The translations under genes were made by a program, and so were the position numbers. From assembly GCA_037133915.1 (NCBI GenBank), contig JBAXND010000017.1:1345-65344 (forward strand): a stretch of DNA of 64,000 nucleotides, written 5' to 3'. Of this stretch, positions 1-11,542 are shown piece by piece. This DNA comes from Bacteroidota bacterium. Its GTDB lineage: Bacteria > Bacteroidota > Bacteroidia > Bacteroidales > CAIWKO01. A model generated the notes under the pieces. It was not told the origin of the DNA. It saw only the letters and a list, made by a program, of their open reading frames with translations, and did no database searches. The first letter of the stretch is position 1; each line of letters opens with the position of its first letter.

Positions 1-1
1 C

Positions 2-511
2 ATGAGAACAATAGCAGTGCTTCTGATTTTTTACCTTTCTGCCGTTTTTTGCCTCGGTCAGTCGGTAGAACGGCAGGTTGTGGCTACAGGTGGCGGTTCT
101 TATACCAATGGAACAACGCTGGCAATCGATTACACCATTGGTGAAATAGTAATTTCTACCATTAGCGGTTCCGGCAGTATCCTTACCCAGGGATTTCAGC
201 AACCAATGCCGGGTTCCCTCGTATCTGTTCCTGAAAATACTGAGCCGGCGGAGGACGTTTTAGTGTTCCCAAATCCGGCAAACGAACAACTGCATATTTC
301 TATTTCTAAGCCGGGGGCTCAACCCTATGAAATTGCGATGATGGATCAACTCGGGCGCTTGGTATATTACGAAAGGGGTTTCACCGCTGTGCTTGGCGGT
401 TTAACTATTTCTTTGCCTGTAGCTCATCTTGCCACCGGAACCTATTTTATCCGCATTACTTCGGAAAACAGGATAGTAAAGACGGTAAAAATTCTAAAAA
501 TTAATCAGTAA
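2..511 (+). CDS. Small secreted protein with T9SS (Por) C-terminal sorting domain; function unknown
   Basis: 169-aa ORF with an N-terminal signal peptide (MRTIAVLLIFYLSAVFCLGQ). The C-terminal ~80 aa shows the type-A T9SS CTD pattern (VFPNPANEQLHISI...GTYFIRITSENRIVKTVKILK). Confidence 0.6.
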   Translation: MRTIAVLLIFYLSAVFCLGQSVERQVVATGGGSYTNGTTLAIDYTIGEIVISTISGSGSILTQGFQQPMPGSLVSVPENTEPAEDVLVFPNPANEQLHISISKPGAQPYEIAMMDQLGRLVYYERGFTAVLGGLTISLPVAHLATGTYFIRITSENRIVKTVKILKINQ

Positions 512-684
512 ACTTTAGTAACAGGAGAAAAATAGGCAGAAATATTTTTCTGCAGTTCTGACTATGATGCCTGTCCTGTTATTCTGCAGAAGCACCTGAA
601 GTATTCAATTATCAGGCGGCTTTGCGCACCGGTAGCGGAACACTTTTGAAGAATCATCTCGGAAATATCTAAACACAATTGGGG

Positions 685-2298
685 TTACAGGTCAGTCATC
701 CCTTTTATTTCTCCGTCGCCGTTAGCATTTATCAGCGCAATAAGTTCATTAACGGCTTCCGCTTCCGCGACGTTTCGCTTAACCGGATTTTTCCCTTTAT
801 AGAGAACTACCGTGCCTTTGCCTGAGCCAACACAGCCGTAGTCGGCATCGGCCATTTCGCCCGGACCGTTTACAATGCAGCCCATTACAGCTATTTTCAG
901 GTGTTTCAGGTGGGTTGTGCGTGATTTTATTTCGGATAACAATTTTTCCACATCATACGAAGTGCGCCCGCAGGTAGGGCAGGAGATGTATTCTGCACTG
1001 CTGCGCCTGCTGCCCGTGGCCTGCAGTATGCCATGTGCCAGTTTGCTTAGTGCTGCTTCAGTTGAGTATTTGTTCTCTATCCACAGGCCGTCGGATGTAC
1101 CGTCCACAAAATTGCCTGCCAGTTCAGCCGATGCGCGTAACAATAACTCATCCGCATCTTTGATAGCGTAAGCTCTCTTGGTAATATGGGCAGGCATTTC
1201 AGGCAATTCCTGTTCCTGCATGTATGAAAAGAATTGTCCGCTCCTGTAAATGAAATCGGGCGGAGTGTTGCCGAAGTCTATATGATAATGGTTTTCACTT
1301 TCGGTGGAAATAATTACAACCGGCTTCTGTCCGCCGCCAATAATACCTGTTTTAGGGGTTTCTTGCCGCGAATACTCGGTAATGGCTGTATTCGGATTAA
1401 ATATTTTTTGTGCTTTTGTTCTTCCGAAAAGCGCTTCAATTGCCCGTGCAACGGGAATTTCATTCACAGGTGCTTCGGTAAGCGAAACACGAATGGTGTC
1501 GCCCAGTCCTTCATTCAGCAATAAACCTGTACCGGCAGCTGATTTTATCCGTGCCTCGTATCCTGCGCCTGCTTCTGTTACACCAAGGTGGAGCGGATAA
1601 TCCAGCCCCGTTTCCATCATACGCTTTACCAGAAGGCGATACGCATAAACCATTATTTTAACATTGCTCGATTTCATTGACAGCACCAGCTTTTTGAAAC
1701 CCATTGCTTCAAATATCCGGGCAAATTCAAGAGCCGATACCACCATACCTTCAGGCGTGTCTCCGTAGCGGTCAACTATGCGTTTCGAGAGCGAACCGTG
1801 ATTAGTACCTACACGAATAGCTGTTCCGTATTCATTACATATTTTTACGAGTGGCCAAATCTTATCGGAAATTTTTTCAAGTTCAAATGCGTATTCCGCC
1901 TCTGTCATCGCTTTCGCAGAAACCGGGCCTTTGTCTGAATAATTACCGGGATTGATGCGAATCTTTTCAACCAGTCGTGCTGCGGTTTCTGCAATGGCCG
2001 GATTGAAATGAATATCGGCGATCAGGGGGATGCGGATATCCTGCTTGGTAAGCGCAGCACGAATATTGGCGAGGTTTTCAGCTTCATGAACGTTTTGTGC
2101 CGTAATTCTCACATATTCGCAACCGGCATGAACCAGTTGAGCTACCTGCGCTGCCGTAGCTGCGGTGTCGCCGGTAGGAGTGTTGGTCATGGATTGTATC
2201 CTTACGGGATGATGACCGCCCAAAGGGAGTCCGCCAATATCAACAATACGGCTCGTCCAAATTGTGGGTTTGTTTGTATGGTCGGCTATTTCTGTCAT
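685..2298 (-). CDS. ispG: 4-hydroxy-3-methylbut-2-en-1-yl diphosphate synthase (IspG/GcpE), long form with inserted domain
   Basis: 537-aa ORF. The N-terminal TIM-barrel part reads HPVRIQSMTNT...IPLIADIHF. The C-terminal 4Fe-4S part reads YISCPTCGRT...VMGCIVNGPGE. The extra central domain is typical of the long IspG form. Confidence 0.93.
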   Translation of the reverse strand: MTEIADHTNKPTIWTSRIVDIGGLPLGGHHPVRIQSMTNTPTGDTAATAAQVAQLVHAGCEYVRITAQNVHEAENLANIRAALTKQDIRIPLIADIHFNPAIAETAARLVEKIRINPGNYSDKGPVSAKAMTEAEYAFELEKISDKIWPLVKICNEYGTAIRVGTNHGSLSKRIVDRYGDTPEGMVVSALEFARIFEAMGFKKLVLSMKSSNVKIMVYAYRLLVKRMMETGLDYPLHLGVTEAGAGYEARIKSAAGTGLLLNEGLGDTIRVSLTEAPVNEIPVARAIEALFGRTKAQKIFNPNTAITEYSRQETPKTGIIGGGQKPVVIISTESENHYHIDFGNTPPDFIYRSGQFFSYMQEQELPEMPAHITKRAYAIKDADELLLRASAELAGNFVDGTSDGLWIENKYSTEAALSKLAHGILQATGSRRSSAEYISCPTCGRTSYDVEKLLSEIKSRTTHLKHLKIAVMGCIVNGPGEMADADYGCVGSGKGTVVLYKGKNPVKRNVAEAEAVNELIALINANGDGEIKGMTDL

Positions 2299-2307
2299 GG
2301 AGCGATA

Positions 2308-4677
2308 CTAAGTAACGATTTTAAGCTTCGCAAATTGCAACAATAACTGTTTTTGGCCTACTCCCTGGAAAAATACCGTTGACTTTTTATTCGGGCCGTT
2401 CCCTTCAACAGATATCACTTTACCGACCCCGAAACGCTGGTGTTCCACAGTCATTCCAACCTGTATCTCATCGGTATTCACCGGCTCAGTGGAAGTCGTG
2501 GTTTCGGCAAGCGTTGCCTGTTTGAGCGGCTTGAATTTTTTATCGGGTTTACCCAGTACAAACTTCTTTGCCAGAGGGTCCTTATTCAGGGCCGGATTGC
2601 CTATTATCATGCCGTCTGTGGGCAATTGTTTTTTGCGGGGCATGTCCACAAAGGCCGGGTCTATTTCATCCAGAAAACGGCTGGGTTCGCAGAATATAAG
2701 ATCGCCCCAGCGATAGCGGTTCTGAGCATAAGAAATCGTAAGGCCGGTCATGGCGCGCGTCATGGCAACATAGAACAGCCGGCGTTCTTCTTCAAGTTCA
2801 TCGCGATTTCCCAAAGCCTGCATAATCGGAAAAAGGTTTTCTTCCAGCCCTACAATATATACGTATGGGAACTCCAGTCCTTTTGCAGTATGGATTGTCA
2901 TTAAGGAAACTCGGTTGCGGTCGTCGGGGTCATCGTTGTCCGAATCGGTCAGCAGTGCCACATCGCGCATAAAAAGGTCGAGAGTGCGAACGCTGTTCTG
3001 ACCGGCGGCAATGGCAGCTTCTTCCGGTAAAAGGGGTTCTGCACTTGCAATATCTTCCCCAATAGGGATGAGCGCTTCTGACGATTCTTTTTCAGTAAAA
3101 TCTTTTATTGCATTCAGCAGTTCTTCAATATTCTCAATGCGGTTTTCATCTTCGGGCGTTTCGGCATTTTTAAGGTCTTTGATAATACCGCTTGAATTGG
3201 CAATGAGTTTGGCAAGGTCAAAGGCATTGAGACGACTCAGCTGTGCACTGAAACTTCGGATCATCATTACAAAATCAATAATTTTCTGCTGAATGCCCGA
3301 ATTGATGCCGAGATTGTAAAATTGCAGATTCTCCAGTATTTCCCACGGACTTTTTTGTTGCTCACCGGCAACGACTACCAGACGTTCGAGTGTTGTTTTC
3401 CCAATTCCCCTGTGGGGATAATTGATGATGCGGAACAGCGCTTCTTCGTCCTTATTGTTGATTACCAGACGGAAATAGGCAAGCACATCTTTTATCTCGC
3501 GACGACGGTAAAACGACAATCCGCCATAAATACGGTATGGAATATTAAGCTTGCGCAGCGATTCCTCGACAGCTCTTGATTGAGCATTGGTTCTGTATAA
3601 AACGGCAAAGGCGTCGTTGGGCAGCAGGTTGGTCATTTTAGTTTCAAAAATGCTGTTGGCCACCATAGAACCTTCTTCGTTGTCGGTAGAGGCTTTGAGG
3701 ACTTTAATCAGATTGCCTTCATCATTCTCAGTCCATAATTCTTTGTGAATCTGATTCTTATTTTTATTTATAATGCTGTTGGCGGCACTCAGGATGGTTT
3801 TGGTGGAACGGTAGTTCTGTTCCAGTTTAAATATTTGCGCATCAGGGTAATCTGATTTAAAATTCAGAATGTTCTGAATATTTGCTCCCCGGAAGCCATA
3901 AATGCTCTGAGCATCGTCGCCAACCACGCAAATATTTTCGTTATTTGCCGATAATTTCTTGATTATCAGATATTGTGCGTAATTTGTATCTTGATACTCA
4001 TCCACCAGAATATATTTGAACTTTTGCTGGTATTTATGCAGAATATCCGGAAAATCGCGAAGCAGCACATTTGTATTAAACAGCAAATCATCGAAATCCA
4101 TGGCAGAGGCTTTTTTAAGCCGTTCCTGATACATTCTGAATAAGCGACCGAGCATGGGGCGGCCGGCTGCCGTATCCTGTTCGGTAATCTCTATATTATT
4201 ATTGTAGTCTTCTGCAGAAACAAGACTGTTTTTTGAGGACGAAATACGATTGTGGACTACTGCCGGAATATATACCTTAGGATCAAGGTTTTGCTCTTTC
4301 AGAATGCTTTTAATCAAGCCTTTAGAATCTTCCGAATCATAAATTGAAAAGTTTGAAGGATATCCCATACGTTCACCTTCAGAGCGGAGGATGCGGGCAA
4401 AGATGGAGTGGAAGGTACCCATCCACACATTACGGGCGTCAGAATTGCCCACAAGTTTGATAATGCGTTCTTTCATTTCTCGTGCAGCCTTATTAGTAAA
4501 GGTAAGAGCGAGAATATTAAAAGGGTCGGCTCCGATGTTAAGTAAGTGAGCCACACGGTATGTAAGCACTCTGGTTTTACCTGAGCCGGCACCCGCAATA
4601 ACAAGTTCGGGCCCTTCGGTACAGGAAACAGCCAGTCGTTGAGATTCGTTGAGTTCTGAAAGTATGTCGTTGGTCAT
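2308..4677 (-). CDS. ATP-dependent DNA helicase, SF1 UvrD/PcrA/Rep family
   Basis: Walker A motif AGAGSGKTRVLTYR, plus VDEYQDTN and the C-terminal tail FGVGKVISVEG. The start was moved to the internal ATG at 4677 (MTNDILSELNESQ) because a CAAAGGTA box (reverse of TACCTTTG) lies at 4696-4703, inside the longer ORF-track version. Confidence 0.9.
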   Translation of the reverse strand: MTNDILSELNESQRLAVSCTEGPELVIAGAGSGKTRVLTYRVAHLLNIGADPFNILALTFTNKAAREMKERIIKLVGNSDARNVWMGTFHSIFARILRSEGERMGYPSNFSIYDSEDSKGLIKSILKEQNLDPKVYIPAVVHNRISSSKNSLVSAEDYNNNIEITEQDTAAGRPMLGRLFRMYQERLKKASAMDFDDLLFNTNVLLRDFPDILHKYQQKFKYILVDEYQDTNYAQYLIIKKLSANNENICVVGDDAQSIYGFRGANIQNILNFKSDYPDAQIFKLEQNYRSTKTILSAANSIINKNKNQIHKELWTENDEGNLIKVLKASTDNEEGSMVANSIFETKMTNLLPNDAFAVLYRTNAQSRAVEESLRKLNIPYRIYGGLSFYRRREIKDVLAYFRLVINNKDEEALFRIINYPHRGIGKTTLERLVVVAGEQQKSPWEILENLQFYNLGINSGIQQKIIDFVMMIRSFSAQLSRLNAFDLAKLIANSSGIIKDLKNAETPEDENRIENIEELLNAIKDFTEKESSEALIPIGEDIASAEPLLPEEAAIAAGQNSVRTLDLFMRDVALLTDSDNDDPDDRNRVSLMTIHTAKGLEFPYVYIVGLEENLFPIMQALGNRDELEEERRLFYVAMTRAMTGLTISYAQNRYRWGDLIFCEPSRFLDEIDPAFVDMPRKKQLPTDGMIIGNPALNKDPLAKKFVLGKPDKKFKPLKQATLAETTTSTEPVNTDEIQVGMTVEHQRFGVGKVISVEGNGPNKKSTVFFQGVGQKQLLLQFAKLKIVT

Positions 4678-4695
4678 GATATGAAATATAGCCTT

Positions 4696-4703
4696 CAAAG
4701 GTA
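4696..4703 (-). promoter_or_regulatory. Bacteroidota-type -7 promoter box (TAnnTTTG) for the helicase gene
   Basis: The plus strand reads CAAAGGTA, which is TACCTTTG on the minus strand. It lies 19 nt upstream of the ATG at 4677. Confidence 0.45.
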
Positions 4704-4860
4704 CATTATTTTGCCGGAAACAGCGGTTATACAAAAAATAAATTGAAAAATATCAATCACTAATAGATTGATATATAGGCAAATAAAATAAATTTTGACG
4801 TTATAACGCAGTATTCCAAATATTTTTTAACAAAGTCATTGTTAATATAAAAAGAGTTTT

Positions 4861-4868
4861 TACCTTTG
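4861..4868 (+). promoter_or_regulatory. Bacteroidota-type -7 promoter box (TACCTTTG) for the rpsL / ribosomal superoperon
   Basis: TACCTTTG matches TAnnTTTG. A TTG lies ~19 bp upstream (4839-4841). The box is 48 nt upstream of the rpsL ATG. Confidence 0.5.
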
Positions 4869-4915
4869 CAGTCCCAAAATTTACGGGATAACAATAAATC
4901 ATTAAAACGGTTGAT

Positions 4916-5296
4916 ATGCCTACAATACAACAACTGGTTAGAAAAGGGCGCCAGAAATTAGTAGTTAAAAGCAAGTCGCGTGCCCTCGATGCTTGCCCTC
5001 AGAGAAGGGGCGTATGCGTAAGGGTGTACACCACAACTCCGAAGAAACCGAATTCAGCAATGAGGAAAGTTGCAAGGGTTCGTCTGACCAATGGTAAAGA
5101 AGTGAACTCGTACATTCCCGGTGAAGGTCATAACCTTCAGGAACACTCGCTGGTTCTTATCCGCGGTGGCAGGGTAAAAGACTTACCCGGTGTACGTTAT
5201 CATATTATTCGTGGTGCGCTTGATACATCCGGTGTAGAAGGTCGTAACCAAAGAAGGTCAAAATACGGAACTAAACGTCCGAAAGTTAAAAAGTAA
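4916..5296 (+). CDS. rpsL: 30S ribosomal protein S12
   Basis: 126 aa with [19 protein letters not shown]. It is the first gene of the str operon order rpsL-rpsG-fusA. Confidence 0.98.
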   Translation: MPTIQQLVRKGRQKLVVKSKSRALDACPQRRGVCVRVYTTTPKKPNSAMRKVARVRLTNGKEVNSYIPGEGHNLQEHSLVLIRGGRVKDLPGVRYHIIRGALDTSGVEGRNQRRSKYGTKRPKVKK

Positions 5297-5336
5297 GATT
5301 AGTCTATACATTCGCAATTAAGAAAATTATCATAAA

Positions 5337-5804
5337 ATGAGGAAGTCCAAACCAAAGAAAAGAATAATCATCCCGGATCCGAAGTTCAGTGATACCATGG
5401 TTTCAAAGTTCGTGAATAACATCATGCTCAGAGGCAAGAAAAATGTTGCTTATGACATATTTTACGATGCAATCGAAACCGTATCTCAAAAAACAGGTGA
5501 GAACGGACTTGATGTTTGGAAAAAAGCTTTGGCTAACGTTACCCCTGCAGTAGAAGTACGCAGCCGCAGGATTGGTGGTGCCACGTTCCAGATCCCTTCG
5601 GAGATCAGACCGGGCAGGAAACAATCCATTGGAATGAAAAACCTCATCAAGTTTTCACGCAAACGTCACGAAAAATCAATGAGCCAGAAGTTGGCTTCAG
5701 AAATATTGGCAGCTTACAAAGAAGAAGGTTCGGCTTTTAAAAGAAAAGAAGACACGCACCGTATGGCAGAGGCTAATAAGGCCTTCTCCCACTTTAAATT
5801 CTAA
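5337..5804 (+). CDS. rpsG: 30S ribosomal protein S7
   Basis: 155 aa with [16 protein letters not shown], in the str operon position. Confidence 0.98.
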   Translation: MRKSKPKKRIIIPDPKFSDTMVSKFVNNIMLRGKKNVAYDIFYDAIETVSQKTGENGLDVWKKALANVTPAVEVRSRRIGGATFQIPSEIRPGRKQSIGMKNLIKFSRKRHEKSMSQKLASEILAAYKEEGSAFKRKEDTHRMAEANKAFSHFKF

Positions 5805-5845
5805 GTAGGGGACTGCCTAACATATTGAGATCAGGAGACCAGTTA

Positions 5846-7957
5846 ATGTCAGAGAAACTGCAACACACACGAAATATTGGCATTATGGCTCATATAGATG
5901 CGGGTAAAACCACAACTACTGAGCGCATACTGTACTATACTGGCATAAACCATAAAATGGGTGAAGTCCACGAGGGTAATACCACTATGGACTGGATGCA
6001 GCAAGAGCAGGAACGCGGCATCACCATCACTTCAGCAGCAACTACCGTTTACTGGAGTCATTTCGAACAACAATATCAGGTTAATATCATCGACACCCCC
6101 GGGCATGTCGATTTCACTGTTGAAGTGGAACGCAGCCTCAGAGTACTCGATGGTACCATTGCACTTTTCTGCGCCGTTGGTGGTGTAGAACCCCAGTCGG
6201 AAACTGTATGGAGACAGGCCGACAAATATCACGTTCCCCGTATTTGTTTCGTTAATAAGATGGATCGCCAGGGCGCCGATTTTTTCCGCGTAGTGGCTGA
6301 TATCGAAAAGAAACTCGTTGCCAAAGCAATTCCCCTTCAGTTACCCATCGGTGAAGAAGATACGTTCAAAGGTATTGTTGACCTGGTAACAAATAAAGCT
6401 TACGAGTGGGATAACGATACCCTCGGAGCCAGTTTCTTTGAAGTACCTATTCCGGAAGAAATGAAGGAAATGGTGAGCGAATACAGAACAAAGCTTATTG
6501 AAGGCGCTGCCGAAGAAAGCGAAAGCATGCTTGAGAAATTTTTGGTAGATGCCGATTCCATTACTGAAAGCGAAATTATTGCTGCAGTCAGAAAAGCTAC
6601 CATTGAAATGAGAATCACACCGGTGTTGTGCGGTTCGTCATTTAAAAATAAAGGCGTTCAGCATCTGTTGGATGCCGTGGTAAATTATCTTCCCAGCCCG
6701 GACGATGTTCCCGCTGTTACAGGTCTTAATCCCTATACCGAAAAATCAGAAGAAAGAATTGCCGACGCTACTGCACCATTTGCAGCCCTGGCATTCAAAA
6801 TAACCACCGACCCATTTGTCGGTAAAGTCGCATTTATCCGCGTTTATTCAGGAACACTCAATTCCGGCAGTTATATTCTCAATGCAAATACCGGCCGCAA
6901 GGAACGCATCAGCCGTATTATGAGAATGCATGCCAACAAGCAAACCGCTATTGAGCTGATTGAAGCCGGAGATATTGCAGCCATCGTTGGATTCAAAGAA
7001 ATCAGAACCGGCGATACCCTCTGTGCCGAGAAAAGCCCCATCGTTCTTGAATCCATGAGTTTCCCCGAGCCGGTTATCAATGTGGCCGTAGAACCTAAAA
7101 CTTCTGCCGATATTGAAAAACTCTCCATCACACTTAACAAAATGGCCGAAGAAGATCCTACGTTTAAAGTAAGGATTAACGAAGAAACCGGACAGACCAT
7201 CATCAGCGGCATGGGCGAACTCCATCTGGAGATCATACTCGACCGCCTCAGAAGAGAATACAACGTAGAATGCAACAGCGGTGCACCGCAGGTAGCGTAT
7301 AAAGAAGCTATCAAATCAACGGTTCGTCATCGCGAAACTTATAAAAAACAAACAGGCGGCAAAGGCAAATTTGCTGAAATCGAATTTGAAATTTCACCCG
7401 CCGACGAAGGTTTTAAAGGATTACAGTTCATTGATGAAACAAAAGGCGGTGTTATTCCCCGTGAATACATTGCTGCTGTCAGGAACGGCTTTACAGCCGC
7501 TATGCAGAATGGTGTACTTGCCGGGTTCAGCTTCGAGAGTGTGAAGATTCGTCTTATCGACGGCGCTTTCCATCAGGTTGATTCCGATTCACTGTCATTT
7601 GAGATTTGCGCACGCATTGCATTCAAAGAATCGTGCCGCAAAGCGAAATGCATTTTACTGGAGCCCATCATGAAACTTGAAGTGGTTACTCCTGAAGAAT
7701 ATTTAGGTGATGTAACCGGCGACCTGAATAAAAGAAGGGCACATCTGGAAGGTGTTGAAGCCCGTATCGGAATACAGGTTGTTAAAGCAAAAGCACCGCT
7801 CGCCAACATGTTCGGATATATTACCGCACTGAGGTCAGTTTCACAGGGACGTGCCACCTCATCCATGGAGTTTTCGAATTATCAGGAAACATCCAAGGAA
7901 GTTACAGACGAGATTATTTACAAGATCAAAGGATATCATACCACAAATCATCAGTAA
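5846..7957 (+). CDS. fusA: Elongation factor G
   Basis: GTPase motifs [17 protein letters not shown] and NKMD. Start taken as ATG 5846 ([13 protein letters not shown]); the ORF-track start at 5825 is an upstream TTG. Confidence 0.97.
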   Translation: MSEKLQHTRNIGIMAHIDAGKTTTTERILYYTGINHKMGEVHEGNTTMDWMQQEQERGITITSAATTVYWSHFEQQYQVNIIDTPGHVDFTVEVERSLRVLDGTIALFCAVGGVEPQSETVWRQADKYHVPRICFVNKMDRQGADFFRVVADIEKKLVAKAIPLQLPIGEEDTFKGIVDLVTNKAYEWDNDTLGASFFEVPIPEEMKEMVSEYRTKLIEGAAEESESMLEKFLVDADSITESEIIAAVRKATIEMRITPVLCGSSFKNKGVQHLLDAVVNYLPSPDDVPAVTGLNPYTEKSEERIADATAPFAALAFKITTDPFVGKVAFIRVYSGTLNSGSYILNANTGRKERISRIMRMHANKQTAIELIEAGDIAAIVGFKEIRTGDTLCAEKSPIVLESMSFPEPVINVAVEPKTSADIEKLSITLNKMAEEDPTFKVRINEETGQTIISGMGELHLEIILDRLRREYNVECNSGAPQVAYKEAIKSTVRHRETYKKQTGGKGKFAEIEFEISPADEGFKGLQFIDETKGGVIPREYIAAVRNGFTAAMQNGVLAGFSFESVKIRLIDGAFHQVDSDSLSFEICARIAFKESCRKAKCILLEPIMKLEVVTPEEYLGDVTGDLNKRRAHLEGVEARIGIQVVKAKAPLANMFGYITALRSVSQGRATSSMEFSNYQETSKEVTDEIIYKIKGYHTTNHQ

Positions 7958-7980
7958 TAATAACACCAAAAAGAAATAAC

Positions 7981-8286
7981 GTGAACCAGAGGATCAGAAT
8001 TAAATTGAAATCGTACGATTATAATTTGGTTGACAAATCGGCTGAAAAGATTGTAAAAACCGTGAAATCGACGGGCGCTATTGTAAGCGGTCCGATTCCA
8101 TTGCCGACCAACAAAAAGATTTTTACCGTTCTTCGTTCAACATTCGTGAACAAAAAATCGAGGGAGCAATTCCAGCTCTGCACATACAAAAGGCTGCTGG
8201 ACATTTACAGCACTACCTCGAAAACGATTGATGCTTTGATGAGGTTGGAACTCCCCAACGGCGTAGAAGTTGAAATCAAAGTATAG
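7981..8286 (+). CDS. rpsJ: 30S ribosomal protein S10
   Basis: 101 aa with a GTG start (IRIKLKSYD...). It is the first gene of the S10 operon. Confidence 0.96.
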   Translation: MNQRIRIKLKSYDYNLVDKSAEKIVKTVKSTGAIVSGPIPLPTNKKIFTVLRSTFVNKKSREQFQLCTYKRLLDIYSTTSKTIDALMRLELPNGVEVEIKV

Positions 8287-8337
8287 TGTTGACGGATTGG
8301 GACTTAATTATTAGAAACAGCTTAATATAATTATAAG

Positions 8338-8967
8338 ATGTCAGGATTAATAGGAAAAAAAGTAGGCATGACCAGCATTTACGACGCAAATGGGAAGAAC
8401 ATCCCATGCACCGTTCTGGAAGCCGGTCCTTGTCACGTAACCCAGGTTTTAACCAAGGAGAAGAACGGTTACGATGCGATTCAACTCGCGTATGATGACA
8501 AGAAGGAGAAACATACACCCAAACCCATGCAGGGACATTTTGCTAAGGCCGGTTGCACACCGAAAAGATACCTTGCCGAATTTTCGAGGTTTGAAGAAGG
8601 ACAGCGTAAACAATTCGGTCAGGTGATAGGCGTTGATGTCTTCATTGAAGGTGAATTTGTTGATGTTGTTGGCTTTACCAAAGGAAAAGGATTTCAGGGT
8701 GTTGTAAAACGTCATGGTTTTCAGGGCGTAGGTGGAAAAACCCACGGTCAGCATAACAGGCTCAGAGCTCCCGGTTCAATTGGTGCTTCATCGCATCCAT
8801 CGAGAGTATTCAAAGGAATGAGAATGGGTGGCCGTATGGGTAACGAGCGCAGAAAAATGATCAACCTTCAGGTTCTCAAAATCGTTCCCGAAAAGAATTT
8901 AATCGTAGTAAAAGGTTCTGTACCAGGTCCTAACGGATCATATATACTTATTGAAAGATGGAGCTAG
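8338..8967 (+). CDS. rplC: 50S ribosomal protein L3
   Basis: 209 aa with [11 protein letters not shown] and [12 protein letters not shown]. Confidence 0.97.
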   Translation: MSGLIGKKVGMTSIYDANGKNIPCTVLEAGPCHVTQVLTKEKNGYDAIQLAYDDKKEKHTPKPMQGHFAKAGCTPKRYLAEFSRFEEGQRKQFGQVIGVDVFIEGEFVDVVGFTKGKGFQGVVKRHGFQGVGGKTHGQHNRLRAPGSIGASSHPSRVFKGMRMGGRMGNERRKMINLQVLKIVPEKNLIVVKGSVPGPNGSYILIERWS

Positions 8968-9599
8968 AAGTTTATAAAATCGACGGAAGCAAGACATCCA
9001 AAAAGGTGACACTTGACGAGGCCATTTACGGCATTGAACCCAACGATCACGCAATTTATCTGGATGTTAAACAATATTTGGCGAACCAAAGGCAGGGTAC
9101 CGCAAGCTCAAAAGAGCGTTCAATGGTACACGGCAGCACACGTAAGCTGAAACGCCAGAAAGGAACAGGCGGAGCCCGTTCAGGTGATATCAAATCACCC
9201 TTGTTCCCGGGTGGCGGCAGGGTTTTTGGCCCACAGCCCCGCGACTACAGGTTTAAGCTGAATAAAAAAGTAAAACAGCTTGCACGCAAATCAGCGCTGG
9301 CATACAAGGCAAAGGAAAACGGCATCCTTATTATAGAGGATTTTAATATGGAAGCGCCGAAAACCAAAGTGTTCAAGAAAATTCTTGAAAGCCTGAAAGT
9401 AGCCGACAAAAAGACGTTGATAGTGGTGAGCAAAATAGAAGGTAACGTTGCACTATCAGCACGCAACCTGCAAAAGAACAAGATCGTGACTGCCGACAGC
9501 ATTAATACTTACGAGATTCTGGGAGCTAAAAGCCTGGTAATTACCGAAAGTTCGTTAAGGCACATCGAAGAGATGTTCAATAGTAAACAAAACGATTAA
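8958..9599 (+). CDS. rplD: 50S ribosomal protein L4
   Basis: 213 aa. It overlaps the rplC end by 10 nt and sits in the S10 operon order. Confidence 0.96.
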   Translation: MELEVYKIDGSKTSKKVTLDEAIYGIEPNDHAIYLDVKQYLANQRQGTASSKERSMVHGSTRKLKRQKGTGGARSGDIKSPLFPGGGRVFGPQPRDYRFKLNKKVKQLARKSALAYKAKENGILIIEDFNMEAPKTKVFKKILESLKVADKKTLIVVSKIEGNVALSARNLQKNKIVTADSINTYEILGAKSLVITESSLRHIEEMFNSKQND

Positions 9600-9621
9600 T
9601 CTTTAAATAAAGGTCATAGCA

Positions 9622-9912
9622 ATGAGCGTAATCATCAAGCCGGTCATAACAGAAAAAATGACAGCCCAGGCAGATAAACTGAACCGCTATGGTTTTATGG
9701 TGGAAGTCAGTGCCAATAAGCTTCAGATAAAAAAAGACATTGAATCTTTTTACGAAGTTAAGGTTGACGCGGTCAACACCATGAGATACCAGGGGAAGAA
9801 GAAGAACCGCTATACAAAAGGCGGATATATTTCCGGCAGAAAGCCCGCGACCAAAAAGGCAGTCGTAACATTAGCAAAAGGTGAAACAATTGATTTTTAT
9901 AGCAATATCTAA
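9622..9912 (+). CDS. rplW: 50S ribosomal protein L23
   Basis: 96 aa with IIKPVITEK, in operon order. Confidence 0.96.
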   Translation: MSVIIKPVITEKMTAQADKLNRYGFMVEVSANKLQIKKDIESFYEVKVDAVNTMRYQGKKKNRYTKGGYISGRKPATKKAVVTLAKGETIDFYSNI

Positions 9913-9917
9913 TAGAA

Positions 9918-10745
9918 ATGGCGTTAAAAAAACTTAAACCGACCACACCGGGTCAGCGCTTCAAGCTGATCAGCGCGTTCGATGAAATCACGACCGATAG
10001 ACCGGAAAAGAGTTTATTGGCTCCGATTAAAAGATCCGGAGGAAGGAACAGTACGGGTAAAATGACAATGCGTTACATGGGTGGCGGTCATAAAAAACAA
10101 TACCGTATTGTCGATTTCAAAAGAGATAAAGACAATATACCAGCAGTTGTGAAGTCAGTGGAATATGACCCTAACCGCAGCGCACGTATAGCCCTTCTGG
10201 CTTACGCTGACGGGGAGAAAAAATATATCCTTGCTCCCAACGGACTCAAAGTAGGTCAAACAGTGATGTCGGGCTTAGGCGTGGCTCCTGAAATTGGTAA
10301 CACATTGTTTTTGAGCGAAATTCCTTTCGGTACCATCGTTCATAACATTGAACTGAGACCCGGACAGGGTGGCAAAATGGCCCGCGGAGCCGGAACATTT
10401 GGTCAACTGATGTCGCGTGATGGTAAATTCGCAGTTATCAAACTGCCTTCAGGTGAAACCCGCTTGATATTGCAGACATGCAGAGCTACTGTTGGACTTT
10501 GTTCAAACCCCGACCATAACCTCGAGAAATCAGGTAAAGCAGGACGCAGCCGTTGGCTGGGCCGTCGCCCAAGGGTAAGAGGTGTAGCAATGAATCCTGT
10601 AGATCATCCCATGGGTGGTGGTGAAGGAAAAGCTTCTGGCGGACACCCACGCTCACGCAACGGCGTTCCTTCAAAGGGTTTCAAAACCAGAGATAAAAAG
10701 AAGCAGAGCGATAAATACATCATTGTAAGAAGAAATAAAAAGTAA
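9918..10745 (+). CDS. rplB: 50S ribosomal protein L2
   Basis: 275 aa with [13 protein letters not shown] and [13 protein letters not shown]. Confidence 0.98.
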   Translation: MALKKLKPTTPGQRFKLISAFDEITTDRPEKSLLAPIKRSGGRNSTGKMTMRYMGGGHKKQYRIVDFKRDKDNIPAVVKSVEYDPNRSARIALLAYADGEKKYILAPNGLKVGQTVMSGLGVAPEIGNTLFLSEIPFGTIVHNIELRPGQGGKMARGAGTFGQLMSRDGKFAVIKLPSGETRLILQTCRATVGLCSNPDHNLEKSGKAGRSRWLGRRPRVRGVAMNPVDHPMGGGEGKASGGHPRSRNGVPSKGFKTRDKKKQSDKYIIVRRNKK

Positions 10746-10772
10746 GTTAGAACTGATCTTATAATATTCACT

Positions 10773-11042
10773 ATGAGTCGATCATTAAAAAAAGGCCCGT
10801 ACATTCATTACAAATTAGAGAAGAAGGTAGAGGCTACTAATAATTCAAAGAAAAAAGCATCCATTAAAACCTGGTCAAGAGGTTCAATGATTTCTCCGGA
10901 TTTTGTTGGGTTGACCTTTCTGGTTCATAATGGAAATAAATTCATCCCGGTTTATGTAACCGAGAATATGGTTGGCCATAAGTTGGGCGAATTTTCACCG
11001 ACCCGTATCTTTAGAGGTCATGCCGGTAACAGGAATAAGTAA
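10773..11042 (+). CDS. rpsS: 30S ribosomal protein S19
   Basis: 89 aa with SLKKGPYI and [16 protein letters not shown]. Confidence 0.98.
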   Translation: MSRSLKKGPYIHYKLEKKVEATNNSKKKASIKTWSRGSMISPDFVGLTFLVHNGNKFIPVYVTENMVGHKLGEFSPTRIFRGHAGNRNK

Positions 11043-11070
11043 TTAAGCAACAGAGAAAATATTTATAGCG

Positions 11071-11520
11071 ATGGGAGAAAGAAAACGCATCAGCGCAGAA
11101 AAACGGAAAGAGATCAATAAGACCACTTACCAGGCGCGCCTGACCAATTGCCCCACCTCACCGAGGAAAATGCGGGAAGTGGCCGATTTAGTCAGGGGAA
11201 TGAATGTAGAACAGGCACTGAACATTCTCAAAATATCAACCAGAGAGCCTTCAGACCGCATTCATAAACTACTGCTTTCGGCAATAGCCAACTGGCAGAG
11301 CAAAAACGAAGGCGTAAGAATTGAAGACAGCAACCTGTTCGTGAAAGAAATCTTTGTTGATGGCGGCCGTTCACTTAAAAGGATACGCACAGCTCCTCAG
11401 GGTCGTGCTCACCGCATCCGCAAACGTTCAAACCATGTAACGCTCATCGTTGACTCATACGTAGTAAAATCCGTTGAGCCGGTAGCCGAAGTTGCAATCA
11501 AAGAAGAATCAAAGAAATAA
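11071..11520 (+). CDS. rplV: 50S ribosomal protein L22
   Basis: 149 aa with [14 protein letters not shown], in operon order. It carries N- and C-terminal extensions. Confidence 0.95.
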   Translation: MGERKRISAEKRKEINKTTYQARLTNCPTSPRKMREVADLVRGMNVEQALNILKISTREPSDRIHKLLLSAIANWQSKNEGVRIEDSNLFVKEIFVDGGRSLKRIRTAPQGRAHRIRKRSNHVTLIVDSYVVKSVEPVAEVAIKEESKK

Positions 11521-11542
11521 ATAATTATAATAAAGATCGTTA

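Noticed and set aside
536-553. Hairpin GCAGAAA-TATT-TTTCTGC after the first ORF, considered as a terminator
   Set aside because: The stem is only 7 bp and AT-rich, and no T-run follows. It is too weak to call.
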